Shown: positions 27,873-42,674, counted from the stretch's first letter. The stretch: 64,000 bases of DNA from Balanoglossus misakiensis (GCA_040954595.2 CM082594.2:2961319-3025318), one strand, 5' to 3'. Made by a program: numbers and translations. Notes: generated from the sequence alone by a model not told the origin.

Positions 27873-30800
27873 TCTGATGTCAACAGCACCCAAACCTATC
27901 AGAATAACAGTTGAAATATTCAAAGCACAACCAGTCCAAGACTATGGTTAATAGTGAGAAGGTTATATAGAGTAAGGGATAGACAGTAGGTCATTAGCAG
28001 GTTGTCTTCTTGATTGCAATCGCGCATCAGTTGCGCAGACGTATGTGGTAAAGGTTTATATAGAAATCTGTCTTTCAGAGTTCGTTACCATCATGTGCAT
28101 CATTCACAATTTATATCCACTGATGTCCTTTTGTTTGATTCTGAACCTACACAGGTTAAAATTTACGTACGGATCTAACAGTGTCTAAAATTAAGTCGTA
28201 ACTCTATTGTGTGTTTTATTAAAGGGAACTTTAGTCCAGCTCTGGGTTAAATTATTTAGGACAAAATCGCCATGTGTAACTCTCGTTTTTATACAAAACA
28301 TTGGGAAACATTGGCGGAAGATCATTCTGGGCCTTCATGAACTTATTGTACTTTGAATCATGGGAGAGGGGAAAAGGCCTGACTTCCGTCCACATGATAT
28401 GAGAGAGAACATTTTGCGATCTGTGTCACTTCATGCTTCAAGCAAATGGCTGTTAATTTGGACACATTTTGTAATATAAAAATTGGCTATGACAATTTTG
28501 AAAGAGGCCTTGTGCACTAAAAAAAAATTGTAGACATTTCTTAAAACTGCTTCATATCACACACAAAAACTCGAGTGCACTTTCTTCTCGATATTTCTGT
28601 TTTATCCAAAGTAACATTTTGCTGCTCTATATTCTCGTTTTTATGCATGCATTTTTACATCGAATCAATGAAACCATACATTTCATTTCACTGGACTGGG
28701 TGACAAAATTAGCACGAAATGCAAGACCTCCACCACGAGAATCATAATGTCTAACACATCATTAAATCTAAAGACAAGATACAATGCAGGTCACCATTCG
28801 TTTGTGGGGCACCATGCCGTGAGTCCTCATTCAAAGTCGGGTGATGGAATGGGCTACCGGCAATAGATTGCTACCTTTAGTATTCCCATGATCAAATAGA
28901 CTAAATGTTCAACCATACGTTGCTATCAGTGACGATAAAAAACGTATGCGATAATGTCAATAGTGCTATCAAAACATTCTTTGATTTATGAGGACTGTTG
29001 AATTAAATTAACATATACTCTTGAGAAGTCGTTTCAGTTTAAATTTATCTATTTTTGTCCAAGATATAGCCATTTCTGTCAACCTGTTGACGTATCCGTT
29101 TTCCATAGTGAAAGATTTGCGTGAGGTCGCGACTCAGACCACAGACTAGCTCGTCCATAGTGAATAAAAAACGCAGAAAAAAGCTGGAGCAATAACCTAT
29201 AACCTATAAAAAGTTAATATCTCTGCATTATACAGGCAGTTGCGGATATTTAAGCTTCAGCATTTTATTACATATTTTCTGTATTAAGATTGATTTTAAT
29301 CCCACGACTACGTAATGTTGACGTATAAATGTCATTGTTCAGCCGCGATACACCTGTCCTGTACCAATAGCGACAATGCCATGTTATTGTGTTCTTTTCG
29401 AGTTGGATCAGATCAGTACAACACTGTCTCTGTAAATCAGTTTGCCCGTGGGGATAATTTACAAATCGTTCTAAACCAGTCAAGGCTTCACTTCCACCTG
29501 GTTAGCACTATTTGAGTTATTGGCATTTTCATAAAATTAAAATAATAATTGTGAGAAAGATTCCCGTATTACAAGTTCATAAACTTTTTGTTCTTAGAAA
29601 ATTGACTTTAGCATAACTATATATTTATATTTAGTTTAGACAAGTACCAAGATGGCTGGTTCTTGCCCTGACTGAGTTATTTGTTTTATGGTGCAAGTAA
29701 GTTACATCGGTGGGGGGGGGGGGGGGCAAATGCGCTACATCACCCCACTGAAAACTTTTGGAAAGAAGACAATATTCATACTATTTCACTTCTTTGCTGC
29801 AATAAAGTGTGTGTGAATCTCTCTGAAACAGAGATGACTGGGTATTGACCACCTTGTTTAAAAAAATCGGTACTTTTTCTCGAATCTCAGTTGTCGGATT
29901 GTTCAGCTGACGTAGCTTGATCGTAAAGGTAATCTTGTTGCTTGGTATTTTAACATACAGTGATACACACATCTGCATTTCTGTAAAGTTTATTCAACCT
30001 GGGATGGGCACTTGTAAATTTAATATTCACTTTTTATAAATATATTCATTAATGGATTATATTATCGTGAATAACCAATGCAAAATGCCGATTACGTTAA
30101 TTGCCGCATTGATATTTTAGAAAAAAATATATCAGCAATAACCGAAATCGCATTTTCATGGGTGCATGGTATTCATTCAGTTTAAATTTCGTAGTTTTGT
30201 TAGCTTATAAGCGTACAAGCGTACGACAGGAACTTTGCTCAACACAAACATCCAAAACCTGTTCAAAATTGGAAAGGATCTTGTTAAATTTGCGTTTTTC
30301 TTACCTTATTCAGAGACAGCACCTTTTGGCTATGGTCATCAGATCTCAGCACGCAAGCAATAGACACTAACGTGGTACTTGATTATCACAAAAAGCCAGA
30401 TTTCAAGAATTTATACCCATGGAACAGTGCAACTTTGGCGGAGTTTTATTTGGATATTTCCCAAGAGAATTATAGTATGCCTTTATAAAAGGGTTTAACT
30501 CTCAGCCGTCTTTTGCCAATTCATTCTTCCCTTCACAATCGTTTAAGCCGCATACATGTTATGTGTTAACGTATACTATCCTTCCTGCGGAAACCTTTGG
30601 AAAAGGTAGAATTGCCATTTTTATGGAGGCATTAACTGCTAGGGAGTCGTGTAAGGCCTGACACATGATAGATTGCACTTGTCAGGTCGTCTCGAATACA
30701 TAGCTCTATCTTTGAGCCACTGAGAGTATCCTACAACTGTTACTGTGAAGCTCCAGCAGTAAGAAATCAATAGGATGGAATCGAGGGATTTGTGTTGCCA

Positions 30801-31779
30801 CCAGATATTTAATTTGGGTCTACATGTAAGCCGTCCGTAATAAAAGTAAAATGAGCATGGATTTACTTCATTATCCACACAAAATACTATGAACTAAAGG
30901 TCTATAGGTACTACAATGATGCTTATCAGTTTTATGCAACAGATCACAAGTATACGTTGTTTCTGCAGTGGTAGCTTAATCGTCCTTTAGTAATACATTT
31001 CGTACTTTCAACGATAAAAGGGTGTTCGAGTACATGTCACGTCTAGTGCGCCCGCCTATAGAGTTGTGGCAACATATTGGACTTCAAATTAAAAGAGAAC
31101 TAAAAGAGAACTGTTTTAATGACACTTTTTCTTATATAGACGGACGACTTTCTGGTGAATCCTATCTTGACCTGGTAAGTTATGTCAGATGAGTGTTATT
31201 GAAATATGTCATTGAATCATAGTACAACAAAAGAATGGCGATATCCTTAGTGGAAACGGGTGATTGTAATTGTTCCGTTTTATTACACCTCACTCGCATA
31301 ACGACTGGTGCTATATGTCTCGAATTGTACCCAAATCTCGTGTATACCCGTCCGCCGGGGAGGGGAGGGTTATTGCTTAAATACACTTGAGGTCACTGGA
31401 CGGTATTCAAATATGGCGTCCCGCAACCCTCTCTGCATACGTAGACTCACACGGCATGGATGACGTTCTGATTCACTTTGCGAGTTCAGTTGCGGTCATA
31501 ATTTGCATTCTAAGGGCAAAGCTGACACGTATATTTCAAGGTCTGTAAAAGGTCAGTCTGTGTGAGTGTATGTCTCTTTTGCGAATAAAGCTAGCATTAG
31601 CCTAACACAAGGCAATAAATGTGTTGCAGCTTGACCTGGATTTTGACGTGGGGTTAGTTCATACAGTTACCACAGATAAGAAGTGAACACAAATATGTTG
31701 TCGGGAATTCCAAGGGTTACACACAAGCACTCTTTCCCGCACTGCTCAAATGAAAACCACACCCATATGAACAGTAAGA

Positions 31780-31935
31780 TGACAAGATTGGGAAAGACAC
31801 CGTTGGCAATTGACACATTGAAAACATCAGTAAGAGAGTCGATAATACAAGAAGCATCAATCTCCAGAAACTTTGGAGATAGATCATCATTGCCCGCCGA
31901 TTTCTTACCATCCAGTAGAGAGAGCTACAATGCCA
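31780..31935 (-). mobile_element. CR1/L2-type non-LTR retrotransposon ORF2 remnant
   Basis: Minus frame LSLLDGKKSAGNDDLSPKFLEIDASCIIDSLTDVFNVSIANGVFP matches the pre-RT motif KSxGxDxIxPKxLK...LTxIFNxSLxxGxFP; stop immediately upstream. Confidence 0.75.
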
Positions 31936-34900
31936 ACTGTGACAGGTGGTATTTGAAAGACGGTGTGGAGTCACCAAGTTAACCCAAGATTAGGTGGGAC
32001 TCAAAGTCAGAGCTACTTTTAGAAACCAGACGAAACTTATTGGTAATGTTTGAACGCCGGCATCTGCAATGTCAGAGTGATTCAGTTATTTGAATAGGTG
32101 CATATACACATGCATAAATGCATTCATCGAATGTCTCCAATTGCCATGAAGTTATGAATACTTCCGTTTGAAATAAATGATTTTGAGTGTGAAAATTCAA
32201 ATCAATGAACAAAATCCAACGGTAATTTCAGTCAAATTAAACATTGGAAGCATTGGAATATTATTTTTATCTTCATGTTAAAATATGAATGCTTCACTAG
32301 AGCTAGAAAGTACCACCATGGTTTGCCATTTGCACTGATAGCATCAATGGCATCTAGAATCTCAAGCCAAAACTCTTTCAACATATTTTGATAATAGCGT
32401 GCAAAAGATTTATCACTTCAGACTGTGGGAATCAAAGTTGTAGTTGTTATCTTACGCCTTGGGACAGAATAAAAAAGGGTTTCTTTAACGTGGTAAGCTT
32501 TTGATATCGGTACGTCTCCAAAAGTCTTATGGGAAGTGTCAGCCCCTTTACCCACCTGTCGGTTCTATAGACACATTCCACATGACATCACAGATCGTCA
32601 GGGGCCATACAGCAAATACTTAATGAGGCAAGGAAGATAAATCAGTGACGTTTACTGCGTGTATGCAGAGTGATTTGATTATAGGGGGTTCTCACTGTAA
32701 CATTTTCAACGGCCCGTTAATTTACCACAACACATATGCGTTAGCAGCCAGAGTCAATCTCAAAACAAAGACTTAAACACTTCAGCGTGTGGACACACAC
32801 AGATTCTGCAGTCTGATACCTTGTTTTTGCAGAGAGTAAACTCCGATCTTGCATCGCCCCGAGAACAACACAGCGAGAATAGGGCTATGAGAAAAACAAC
32901 CTTAGCACAAGCTCTTTCTGTAGGCAGTGATTAACATGGCAATGGCGAAGTGTGCCTGATATTTGTCCCCCAATAAATAATACCCCACACCTTTCTATAC
33001 AATTTCGTTAAGTTTGTTGACCAAGACGTTCACACAGGGGGTTTGAATCCAGCAAAATGCGTTTTGTTTGCGGACAACAATTCCGTCAGTAACTCGCGTC
33101 TGGAGCGTGTGAGTTTGGCCGATAGTACACCCATTGGACACTTCAGTCGTAAACTTTACAATATTTAAATTTGAGAACAAAAGTTAAAGATCGCCGTGCA
33201 AAATTTTGAATAACAGGGCAAACTTGTCTCAAACTGACATTCAAACTGGCTGCCAACACTACGAAGGAAAATTAAAGTGATGGTTCTTGTAAACAAGCTT
33301 GTGAACACCATGCATGTCTTCTTTTTTCTTTTCACAAAGACTCATCACATATTTTATTTAAAGCTAAAAATAGACAGTATTGAGCAATGTCTTTTTCTAC
33401 ACACCTGTCCCCGAGGTGCAGACTACCTTTAGGGCAAACGTGTGAGCTGATTTATATGTGTAACACCCCGTGCACACCCACGTCAGGAAAACATAGTTAT
33501 TTATTCATATAAATACACGTTACTTCATCTTTAAATATCACTACGCATGTTTAATTGCTTCAGCACATGTACATATTGTTTTGGAAAGTTGTCCAAAGAC
33601 GTAAACAGAGGAGTCGATTATGACTGGGGACATCAAATCAGAGCGTCGTGACTAAGTGTGAATTGCACCTCAGGATTTACGGCTGAGAATCGCGTTCAGG
33701 TTGGCGCCCTGCCGACAGATTGTAGCAGATTTTTTTTTAGATATTCCTACCGTTCGATTCTTTAAAACTGATGGTAGAAAACGGCGTAAACAAGATATCA
33801 GGCAAATGCGTTAATAAAAAAGTAAGGAAAAATCTGAAATATCCGGTTTTAATATCCACACGTTTCTTCGTCTGCAAATCTAACTGCGCATAAAGTATGT
33901 TGAATCGCTTCAGCTGCGCACATGTAAAGATTGTTTGGAAAGTTGCCCAAAGACGTAAACAGAGGAGTCGATTATGACTGGGGACATCAAATCAGAGCGT
34001 CGTGACTAAGAGTGAATTGCACCTCATGATTTACGGCTGGCAATCGCGTTCAGGTTGGCGCCCTGCCGACAGATTGTCGCACAATTTTTTTAGACCTTCA
34101 TACCGTTCGATTCTTTCAAATTCATGGTAGAAAACGGAAAGAAAATATAATATCACCGAAAACTTGTAAATAAGAAAATAAGGAAAAACCTGAAAAGCTT
34201 CAATAAGAGAAATGGGGAAAATGCGATTTAAAAGATTTAAGTTGCCATACTCTATCTGTTGTTCAAATGCGAGTAACAGGGCGTGAAAGTCTTTGTTTAT
34301 AGTGTTCATTCGGAATGTTTTAATGGATAAACTATTTTCTTTTCAAAATTTTAACCCAAATATCGTGTATAACCGCCTGTAGACGGACAGTTTAACTTCT
34401 TTGTAGATAATGGCAAAATACGCCTCGTTACTTTTATCGAATTTCAACTTTGATATAACATGAACCTGTTGCCAGCGTCTCCTTTAACAGGGGGGACAAA
34501 ATTAGTTCAGCTGATTTTTAACGTCTGTCCTAGATTTGGTGTCAGCTATTTGGGAATACAGTAGAAGGAGGGATTGAACAACTTACTGTACTTTGAATCA
34601 TGGGAAAAATGCGCCAGGTTTGACTTCCTCCAACGTGATGTGGGAGAGGCCATTTTGCGATCGGGGTCCCTTCAGTATTTTCATTTCCATTCTTTCAACT
34701 TTCCGTCAGTCCAGTGCATATACAATGCTTGACCGAAGTAATAAATGCATCCCAGTGCATGTTTGCTGGTATGATTGCTCTGTTAAGTTGTTTTGCATTA
34801 AATGATTCCGTTTGCGGGCTTGTGAACGTTGCTGGTGCCCCGCTGCAAAAGTGGGACGACCCTGATGTAATATTTTACTCAAAATACCCTGCACCTGAGC

Positions 34901-35769
34901 GACGAGCTCATTCCCCCAATCTCAACTGATCCAGCGCAGAACTACCTGGACCCTCGATAGAGCAACGACACTGCCTGGGAACTACAGGAAAGTCTACCGT
35001 CCGGAACCCCTATTTATATTACATAAGAGGTAAGTAGCCGGTGTTTACTATAATATGCGATTTTTCGACTCTAAATGGGAAACGGTGAAAATCAAGCTCC
35101 GTTCGCAAATTTTATCATTTTTATCGAGAGAGAGTATTTGCAGTACGCGCTGTTGTTTTAAGTTTTGAAGAGGCTTTCCGCTTGAAACGTGCAGGAGTAG
35201 TGCAGACGACGCGTCGACGCCCAAGTGCTTTCAGTTTTCAACACTTGCGCCAAAAACATCGTCTGTTCATTAGTTTTTCTGGTGGGAGACACAGAGGTAG
35301 CGGTAGTCGAGAGAAAACTATGGCTGAATTTGCAGTTGTCGCGGTAAAGCTTATATTATTTATTGAAGTTCCAAGAAACAGAGTTAGGGGAAATTTGCCG
35401 CGCGAAGTACTTCTGTGCCACATTTCTGTGCACGTTTTCTAGTCCGTTTTATACGGCATTTTTGTGTTACCGGGGCAAACCTTCGAACATCTTTGAAGGT
35501 AATAATGTTGTTGTTATATTTTGACCCCCGTTGAGTGTGTGCGGTGATACCTTCAAACATTTAAGAAGGCCCGGTAATTTTTTTTACAATTTTGGTGCCG
35601 ACATTGCCTTGGCGGGGAACACTACATTTTTGTCACAGTTCTCCATATTTGCTCTGCGGAGAAGTTCCATTTTTTGACTTGTTAATTTTTCATCCTATTT
35701 AGTGTGAAAAAAAGTTTTGTCTATGCTTCTTACAAATTGCTCTTTATTTCGACCACTTGCTCGTTTTCT

Positions 35770-36170
35770 TATTTTCAAAAACGTGCAGAACTGCATTTGA
35801 GTGTTCCGAGTGTTATTGTTGAATAAAAATATACGATTAGTAAAATTTCATATGTTATCATTTCTTTTAACATTATGGTGGATTTTTGGTTTCTCATTTG
35901 TATGCATAATGAAAATCCGAACTGAAATACGGGTGTCACCGCGCTTGTTTTCCAAAACGAGGCCGCCAATTTAGTCGATATTTGAAGAAAACTGCCGAGT
36001 CAACATTTTTCACCAATGGTTTGTCTATGGGCAAAATATTTAGCGAAGTTTATCTCAAAATAGAGCACGGTGACCATACGATTATATCTCACCGATGAAT
36101 TTATTTTGACTGAGCTATTTGTAAAATGACAATAGTACAAACAGTTTTTCTAGCTATCCTCAATGAAAAA
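35770..36170. mobile_element. Dispersed repeat fragment shared with 62540-62900
   Basis: gtcaccgcgcttgt...ttttcaccaatggtttgtcta...tttatctcaaaa..gagc.cggtgacc occurs at both loci. Confidence 0.7.
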
Positions 36171-36817
36171 GACGAATGCGCGCGATTTTTTTTCAGTTTA
36201 TGGTCTGCGCGCGTTTATTGCCACTATATTACTCTGTTTTATAATCATTGTGATACACTCCGACCACTTTAGTGTTTAATGTCATTTCATTATCTTGTGA
36301 CATTTTGATTCATCTTGGTATTGCACACTATATTGTCATGGAAGTGTTGTTTAATCTTGTTTGGTATGACATGGTGTTTTGTATGGCTTAACGCACGTAC
36401 TGGTGTTACTATGGTGACCGTTGCTAGGATTGCTTTCAGCCCTGACAAGCTGTTGATGGGAAATTTCCTATCACGCCATTGGCGGATGATACCATGGCCC
36501 ATGATCGTACACCAATCAAAAGTAAATTCTGCGTCACGTGATTAGCCTGTTCTGAACCATGCTTTCGAGGCGAATTTGCTTGTCTGCTTTGGAAGAAGGA
36601 CCCCCCAAGATTCCCTCCTTAATAGCCCAGATGAGATCTCAATTGTGTTTACCTAATCGGGTCGGTAGTGCCGAGATTTCGTCAGAGACGCTTGCTTTCG
36701 GGTGTGTTTCGACCCGCTAACGAGAAACCAACGCTGTTTGTGAGAGGCTTGTGCGCGGTACGAACTTTGATCGATGAATGCTGTTTTGAGAACCGTCTTG
36801 TTACTTGATAGATTTAA

Positions 36818-37002
36818 AGGTATACCGTCATCTCATATTTACATGCGCCCATATATGGCTGAAATGGCGCATTTGAGGGTTCTAAAGAACATATGGTGGC
36901 GCTCTTTTTTCGCGTGTGCCACCCGCTGAAAATCCGTGATTGGCTAGATCTCAAGTTTACCATGGTAACTGTAGCTTAATTTCCATAGGTGACCGTATAC
37001 CT
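36818..37002. mobile_element. MITE family K2
   Basis: ttaa|aggtataccgtca ... tgaccgtatacct|ttaa. Confidence 0.85.
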
Positions 37003-37492
37003 TTAATAAAATGAGGTGGAACAAAACTGAGCTCTTCTGCCATGTAGTGAATATAGTTCTACAATATCGGGCATGATGCAATACGTATTCTTCTCAATTG
37101 ATGTACCACTGTCAAATAGCCTACTGTCGATACCACAAAAACATGCTACATACCTACGCATATGCGCGCTTGTGCCTACGTCTTTAACGTTCTCTACATT
37201 GTTTACAGATAAATACCATCGACCATACAAACTGTACAAGTAATCCAGGAAACCTTGCGGTTATCTGCTGTTGAGTACTGAGTAATTTAAAATGAGGTAA
37301 TTTATTAAATGGCAGATGAATTGTCTTTCTTTGAGTATGTGCTTATTTGTTCGGACAACAACTCTAAAAGTTATCCAAATACAAAAACTCAAAGTAATAA
37401 GCATACTGATATATAAACATTAATAATCGTTATTTGAAAGATTTTGGTTCTAGTCGTAGGGTTAGGTTTATGTATATACTACATGGTCTTAT

Positions 37493-37662
<170 letters not shown>

Positions 37663-38152
37663 AAATGTATATGTATTCGTCTTCTTCTGCACGTATCACC
37701 TGTTATTTGCTGTGTAGGCTTGAATGCATACTCGACTGTATATGGGATTTTGTTCTAGTGAGCTGTGTAAGTGTGCTGAAAATGTGAAGAAAGTCAAAAC
37801 TCAAAATCTGAAGAGCTACTCGTGAGACTAGTTTGAAAATTGGTGTACAGAGTTACATTACACAGACCTTGTTTCTTTATCATTTTCTTTCAATATCTCG
37901 TTTCAATCTTTTGCAATGGTTTGCAGCACACGAGGGGTTTCACTATAATATGCCTACAACATGGTTTTAAAATATCGATATTGTATTTGGGAGAGGAATA
38001 AGATCATTATTAAGAAAGTACTGTCTGATTTATGAATATTGTCCAACAGCATGTACAACTAAAACGTATTATGTACCGGTACGTCATATTTCATGTTTCA
38101 ATTCTGATTAAATGAGAGCGCAGTGTCATCGAAGCTATCTTCTTGGAAATTA

Positions 38153-41100
38153 ATGGCAAACTACTTTTATTGAAGGACCGGACCATTTATTGTTCTGATG
38201 CTGGCATCATGGATGCCGTGTTGCTCTGCTCAGAGTACGGGTAAGATATATGTTTATTGTCACCATTCTATGAGGACAATGTGAGGATAATGCAATCGAC
38301 TAATGATTCAGTTGTATGCGTGTGCTCAGTTCCTTCAAATTAAACAGGCAATGATGTCTTTGAAATGATCAATATTCACGCATCTAATTAATGTCTGTAC
38401 GAGGACATGCTGCACTACAACATGTTTAAGTCCGTTTTTGTTGGTACAAAAATAGATGTCAAAATTATAGCTCTGTTCCAGAAAATTTTGAAGACAATGT
38501 GAATAACCATGTGTTTCATGGGTGCTTTGTGGAGTTGAGGTATATGTAACATAGGCTGGTAAAATCATCCTCTCCTTCCTTGGTTGTAATTTGTTTGAAT
38601 GACATCTAATTTGAACATTGGTTGTCTGTAATATAATTCGGTGCAGATCGAATTACATCAAGTTCGTCTAAAAGACAATCAAATTAACTTCTTGGAAAGT
38701 TACAATGCTGTACATAATTATGTACACAGCAAAACAACATAGTATTTCTCGTCAAGTCACATAACTTCTTATAGGTCGAAATTAATCAATTGATTGTTGG
38801 CGAGTTGATTTCTTTTCAGTGTACTCTGGTTTCCTGTCTCCTGTTTGCCAGTTCTAAATCTTTTAGGACAATAAAATACAATACAATATTAAGAAATTTC
38901 GTGAGGTTTGCTGCATTACATTGTTACTTAAGAAATCGATTGCAAACGATTAACTGAAAGCAAGAATTCTATTGTATATAGTTGTGTAAATTCTGATATT
39001 TACCCCAACTCAACTTTCTAGCAGCACTGTAGGAATGTGTTTCACTAGTATTTTAGTAGTAGATGTATCTTTTCTTCTTTCCATTCATGTTTTTTTATGG
39101 TTAAGGACCGAAATAAAGATTAAATATTATATTTTAATCATAATGCCCTGTTTCTTAATGATGTTTTCTTATTCTTTTTTCCTGTAGGTTATGGAGCTAT
39201 AAATCTCGTTTTATTTGACATCCACGATGAGTCAAGCATAGTATTTACCTCCAGAAGTCCCGTAACAATTACTTTTGACTTGCACGTCAATGAAACCAGT
39301 GGTTTTCCCGGAGTTATCACAAAGACAGAGGTCTACTTAAGGGGATATGGTTGCTGTGGATACCGTGGTGATAACACTGCAATAGCATCCAAACCACCTC
39401 CAGGTGCACCAATTCAAGTGCCTGCCGGTTCAAATGATACCATCATCGACAGCGTGACTGCTTCTTTGGCAATTCCCGCTGCTTATTACCACGATTGCTA
39501 TGACCTAACTCTCCTCTGTGCACATACCGAGTATAAGACTGCTGCATTTTCAATATCATCGAAGGGAATCTGTGTTGAACTAAGCACTGGAACTGTTGAT
39601 TGTTCAAGTAAGTTGATTAGTTAGTTTTTTTACACACACACGCGCGCGCATGTGTAAATTTTAACAGATGAAACTATAACACAGAGTGTGTGATATAATT
39701 GAGAATAGGTAATGTCATTTTCTTTAGAATTAGTTAATTTATATAGCGGACTGTCAACGAAAACCATTATCCTATCCGCTTTACAATAAATACAATGTAA
39801 GAAAATGAGAAAATGTAACCAAAAAGACAAAAGCAAAAAATACACATATCCGATGAAAAGGTACAAACAGTGTTCATAACACTAAGTGCTAACTATTCAG
39901 CGTAAAACAGTCCAAAACCGTGTTCATGTACTTGATGCATTAAATGGCCAAGAATTTACCAAAAAGGTAAGTTTTTAGGTCTGCCTTGAACTGTTTGTAT
40001 GTTTCTGCTTTTCTCAATCCTATTGGTAATCCATTCCACCTTTTAGGGCCCTGAACACTGAATGCCCTATCTGCGAAGGTTTTTCGAAATGTTCTTGGAA
40101 TCTCGTATGAACTTTCAGAATTACAACTTGACCGAAGTCCCGACGCCTGACTACAGATGGAGTTAGCATAGATATTAAGTACTCTGGTGCTTCGTTACGA
40201 TTTCATTTAAACATGAAACAACGTATTTTATAATCAATTCTGAGATGAACAGGTAGCCAATGTAGAATCTTCAAGCATTCGGTGGCACTGCCATATTTAC
40301 TTTTGTCCAGGACTGTCTTAGCTGCCATATTTTGAATTCGCATTCATTGACCGTTAACGTCTTCAACACTAGACTCTCTCACAACCCCTCTAGCCGTCCA
40401 TACAGGCTTATGGTCTTATTGCATGGACTACACCAAACGGTGCTTCTCCCTTGCCAAACGGTTGAGGGCGCGTCAGTGAGGAGCTTGTTGTAGCGAACCG
40501 TGGGCTGTGGGAGAGTCTACTTCAACACAACCTTCTGCAGAATGTACTCTTGACCCAAAACATATGAATTCTGCTTTACTGTCTTTCATCTTCAACCGAT
40601 TCTCATCCATCCAGATTTTAACCTCCTTCCAACAGTCTTCAAGATCCAGACTCTATAGACTTAGCTGGAAATAGGCGTTTCAAGGCATGGTACAAAACTT
40701 AAATTCGCGTTCGTATTCACAACTGAAAAATCCCAGTTGCTTTCTCATTCAGACACATTTCACTCTAAAATGGGTAAAATGCCTCCATCACGACCGTATT
40801 GATTTGTATTGCACAATAAACAGGACACCTGCTCATCATAGGGCGTTTAGTATTAATTACTAAAGGCATCTCTGAGAGACGGACAGTTACTTAAAATAAT
40901 GAAAAGAGTAAAACGTGCATAATTATTCTTAATTAGAAAATTCACCGCAGGCGATTAATTTGAGAATTTTTCTTGTTTTTTTTCCCTCAGATCTTGCAGC
41001 CAACTGGTTAATGGTCCACAATTATGAGGACATAATATTCGGTACTGAAACAACGACAATAATCACATTCAATCTTGCTATAACTGAAACTAGCGGCGTC

Positions 41101-42217
41101 GAGGACGGAACAGTTGGGTACATCAACGTGTTCTTTTCCAGTAATGATAATCGCTGGTACGAATACATGTATGAGTATAATGACTACTACAGAGTTTACA
41201 ACTCCACAGCAGTGAGAGCCTCCAAGCCTTCTACTCCTTTGACAATCCCCAAAGGTTCATACAACTACGCCATAACAGATGCCACGGCAGAATTGAGGAT
41301 TGATTCAACAAACTGCTTTGACTACCAATACCTGTGCGCCTATATCGATGACCGTACTGGTCACCGTTCGGATGATCATACGTGCTTAACTCTGGGCTCC
41401 AATTCTTGTGCAACAGAAGGTGAGGTTTGACACGACGGAATATTTGTAGTGAGGGAAATATGTTTTCAAACATTTGCCAGGAAGCGGCGGTTGCTATTTA
41501 TGATGGAATGTAGTGTTGCTATATGAAGTGTGACGATTGTACAGACATAATTGGCACTGATGAATTCTGCTTGGTATCGAAAGGTGCCCTATAGCTAACT
41601 CCTGTACTGGACTTTGGATTGATAAGAATGACATTGCTATCATCAAACATCGTAGCTCCACAAAAGAAAACGGTCAAATAAATTAAATTTTAACACCGGG
41701 CATTTTCTTTTATTACGTATTTAAAAATATCATCTAGGTCTTATCTTTATTACTTTCCGAAAAGAGCTTTCACAACACACATTAAAAAACAATAAACATC
41801 AAACTTGGTCTATATAAAATAGTTTTTTGTTGTTGACTACATTGAAAAGTTTTAAATAGTTCGCTAGCACCGCACTATACATACAGTTAGTTGTGGGCAC
41901 GGTGCCAACGCTTACGTACGCGCATTCACTTCTGCATTATATTGGATCATCAAAAATCATACTTAGGCCCATTGTGTTATCTACCTTACTCCGAATCATT
42001 GTATGACTTGACCTGTGAGATTCAGAGACTTTATCACAATCTATTGTTTTTTGTCCCAGTCATAAACCTTAGTTGTTGTTTTTATTGAAAATTTTTTAAT
42101 TAACATTATTTACTGTTAACAGCTCCCACAATGTCAATGAGCCGGGCAATGAGCAAGACGCCTGCATCTATTCTGATGTGCACTTTGGTTACATTTCAAT
42201 TCATTGCAAAGTGGTAG
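38153..42217 (+). CDS. Putative GPI-anchored protein with two tandem ~140 aa unassigned domains; possible null allele or pseudogene (TGA at codon 7)
   Basis: Phase-1 exons 38153-38240 (MANYFY*RTGPFIVLMLASWMPCCSAQST), 39188-39607, 40991-41419 and 42123-42217 (APTMSMSRAMSKTPASILMCTLVTFQFIAKW*). Exons 2 and 3 are homologous: ITFDLHVNETSG/ITFNLAITETSG, ASKPP/ASKPS, DCYDLTLLCA/NCFDYQYLCA. Confidence 0.75.
40370..40519. mobile_element. ~150 bp MITE, TAG...CTA termini, 9-bp TSD
   Basis: cttcaacac|tagactctctcaca ... tgtgggagagtcta|cttcaacac; sister copy at 42675-42830. Confidence 0.9.
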
Positions 42218-42674
42218 ACTGCCTTCAACTGGAAATCGACGTAGGTTTGTCAAATTATTAAAGACGAAAATTTTATATTGTCAGATAAGTTTATGTGAAG
42301 ATTAGTAAATCTCAACATCTGGCGCATCACGGCGATAATGTGCATGTTAGTGTGTTCCTAAGTATGCCTGGGGGTGTTCGATATAAAAGAATGCATAGTG
42401 CATGGCTCATGAAAATGATTTTTGTTGCGTTAGCACATATCGCATTCACAGGTCGTGTGGGTCTGTCATAATCTTCCTGTTTTAAATCTTGTTCTTACAG
42501 AAACGACGATTTAGCTCTCTCACCGACAACACGTTTTCACGTATCTCACATCCTCAGAAGACTCGTATACAGAAAAAGCGAGCAGGCTGTGCACACAGTT
42601 GCGGAATTTATTTTACAGTATTTATTCGGAAGAACGAGAAAACGGGGACATTATTTCAATGGTATTTCTCGCTA

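Larger units (their letters stand above)
32133..37350 (+). repeat. Segmental duplication, copy A (~5.2 kb, non-coding)
   Basis: Collinear high identity with 45127-51019, e.g. taccaccatggtttgccatttgcactgatagcatcaatgg at 32311 and 45301; paired spurious ORFs 34593/47283 and 35182/47869. Confidence 0.95.

Noticed and set aside
31760-31825. C2H2 zinc-finger-like string FQCVNCQRCLSQSCHLTVHM on the minus strand
   Set aside because: No second His, and an overlapping frame matches a CR1/L2 ORF2 motif much better.
34593-36545. Short ORFs 'conserved' between 34.6-36.5 kb and 47.3-49.4 kb
   Set aside because: Conservation is explained by the recent duplication; there are frame-breaking indels and no recognisable domains or exon chain.
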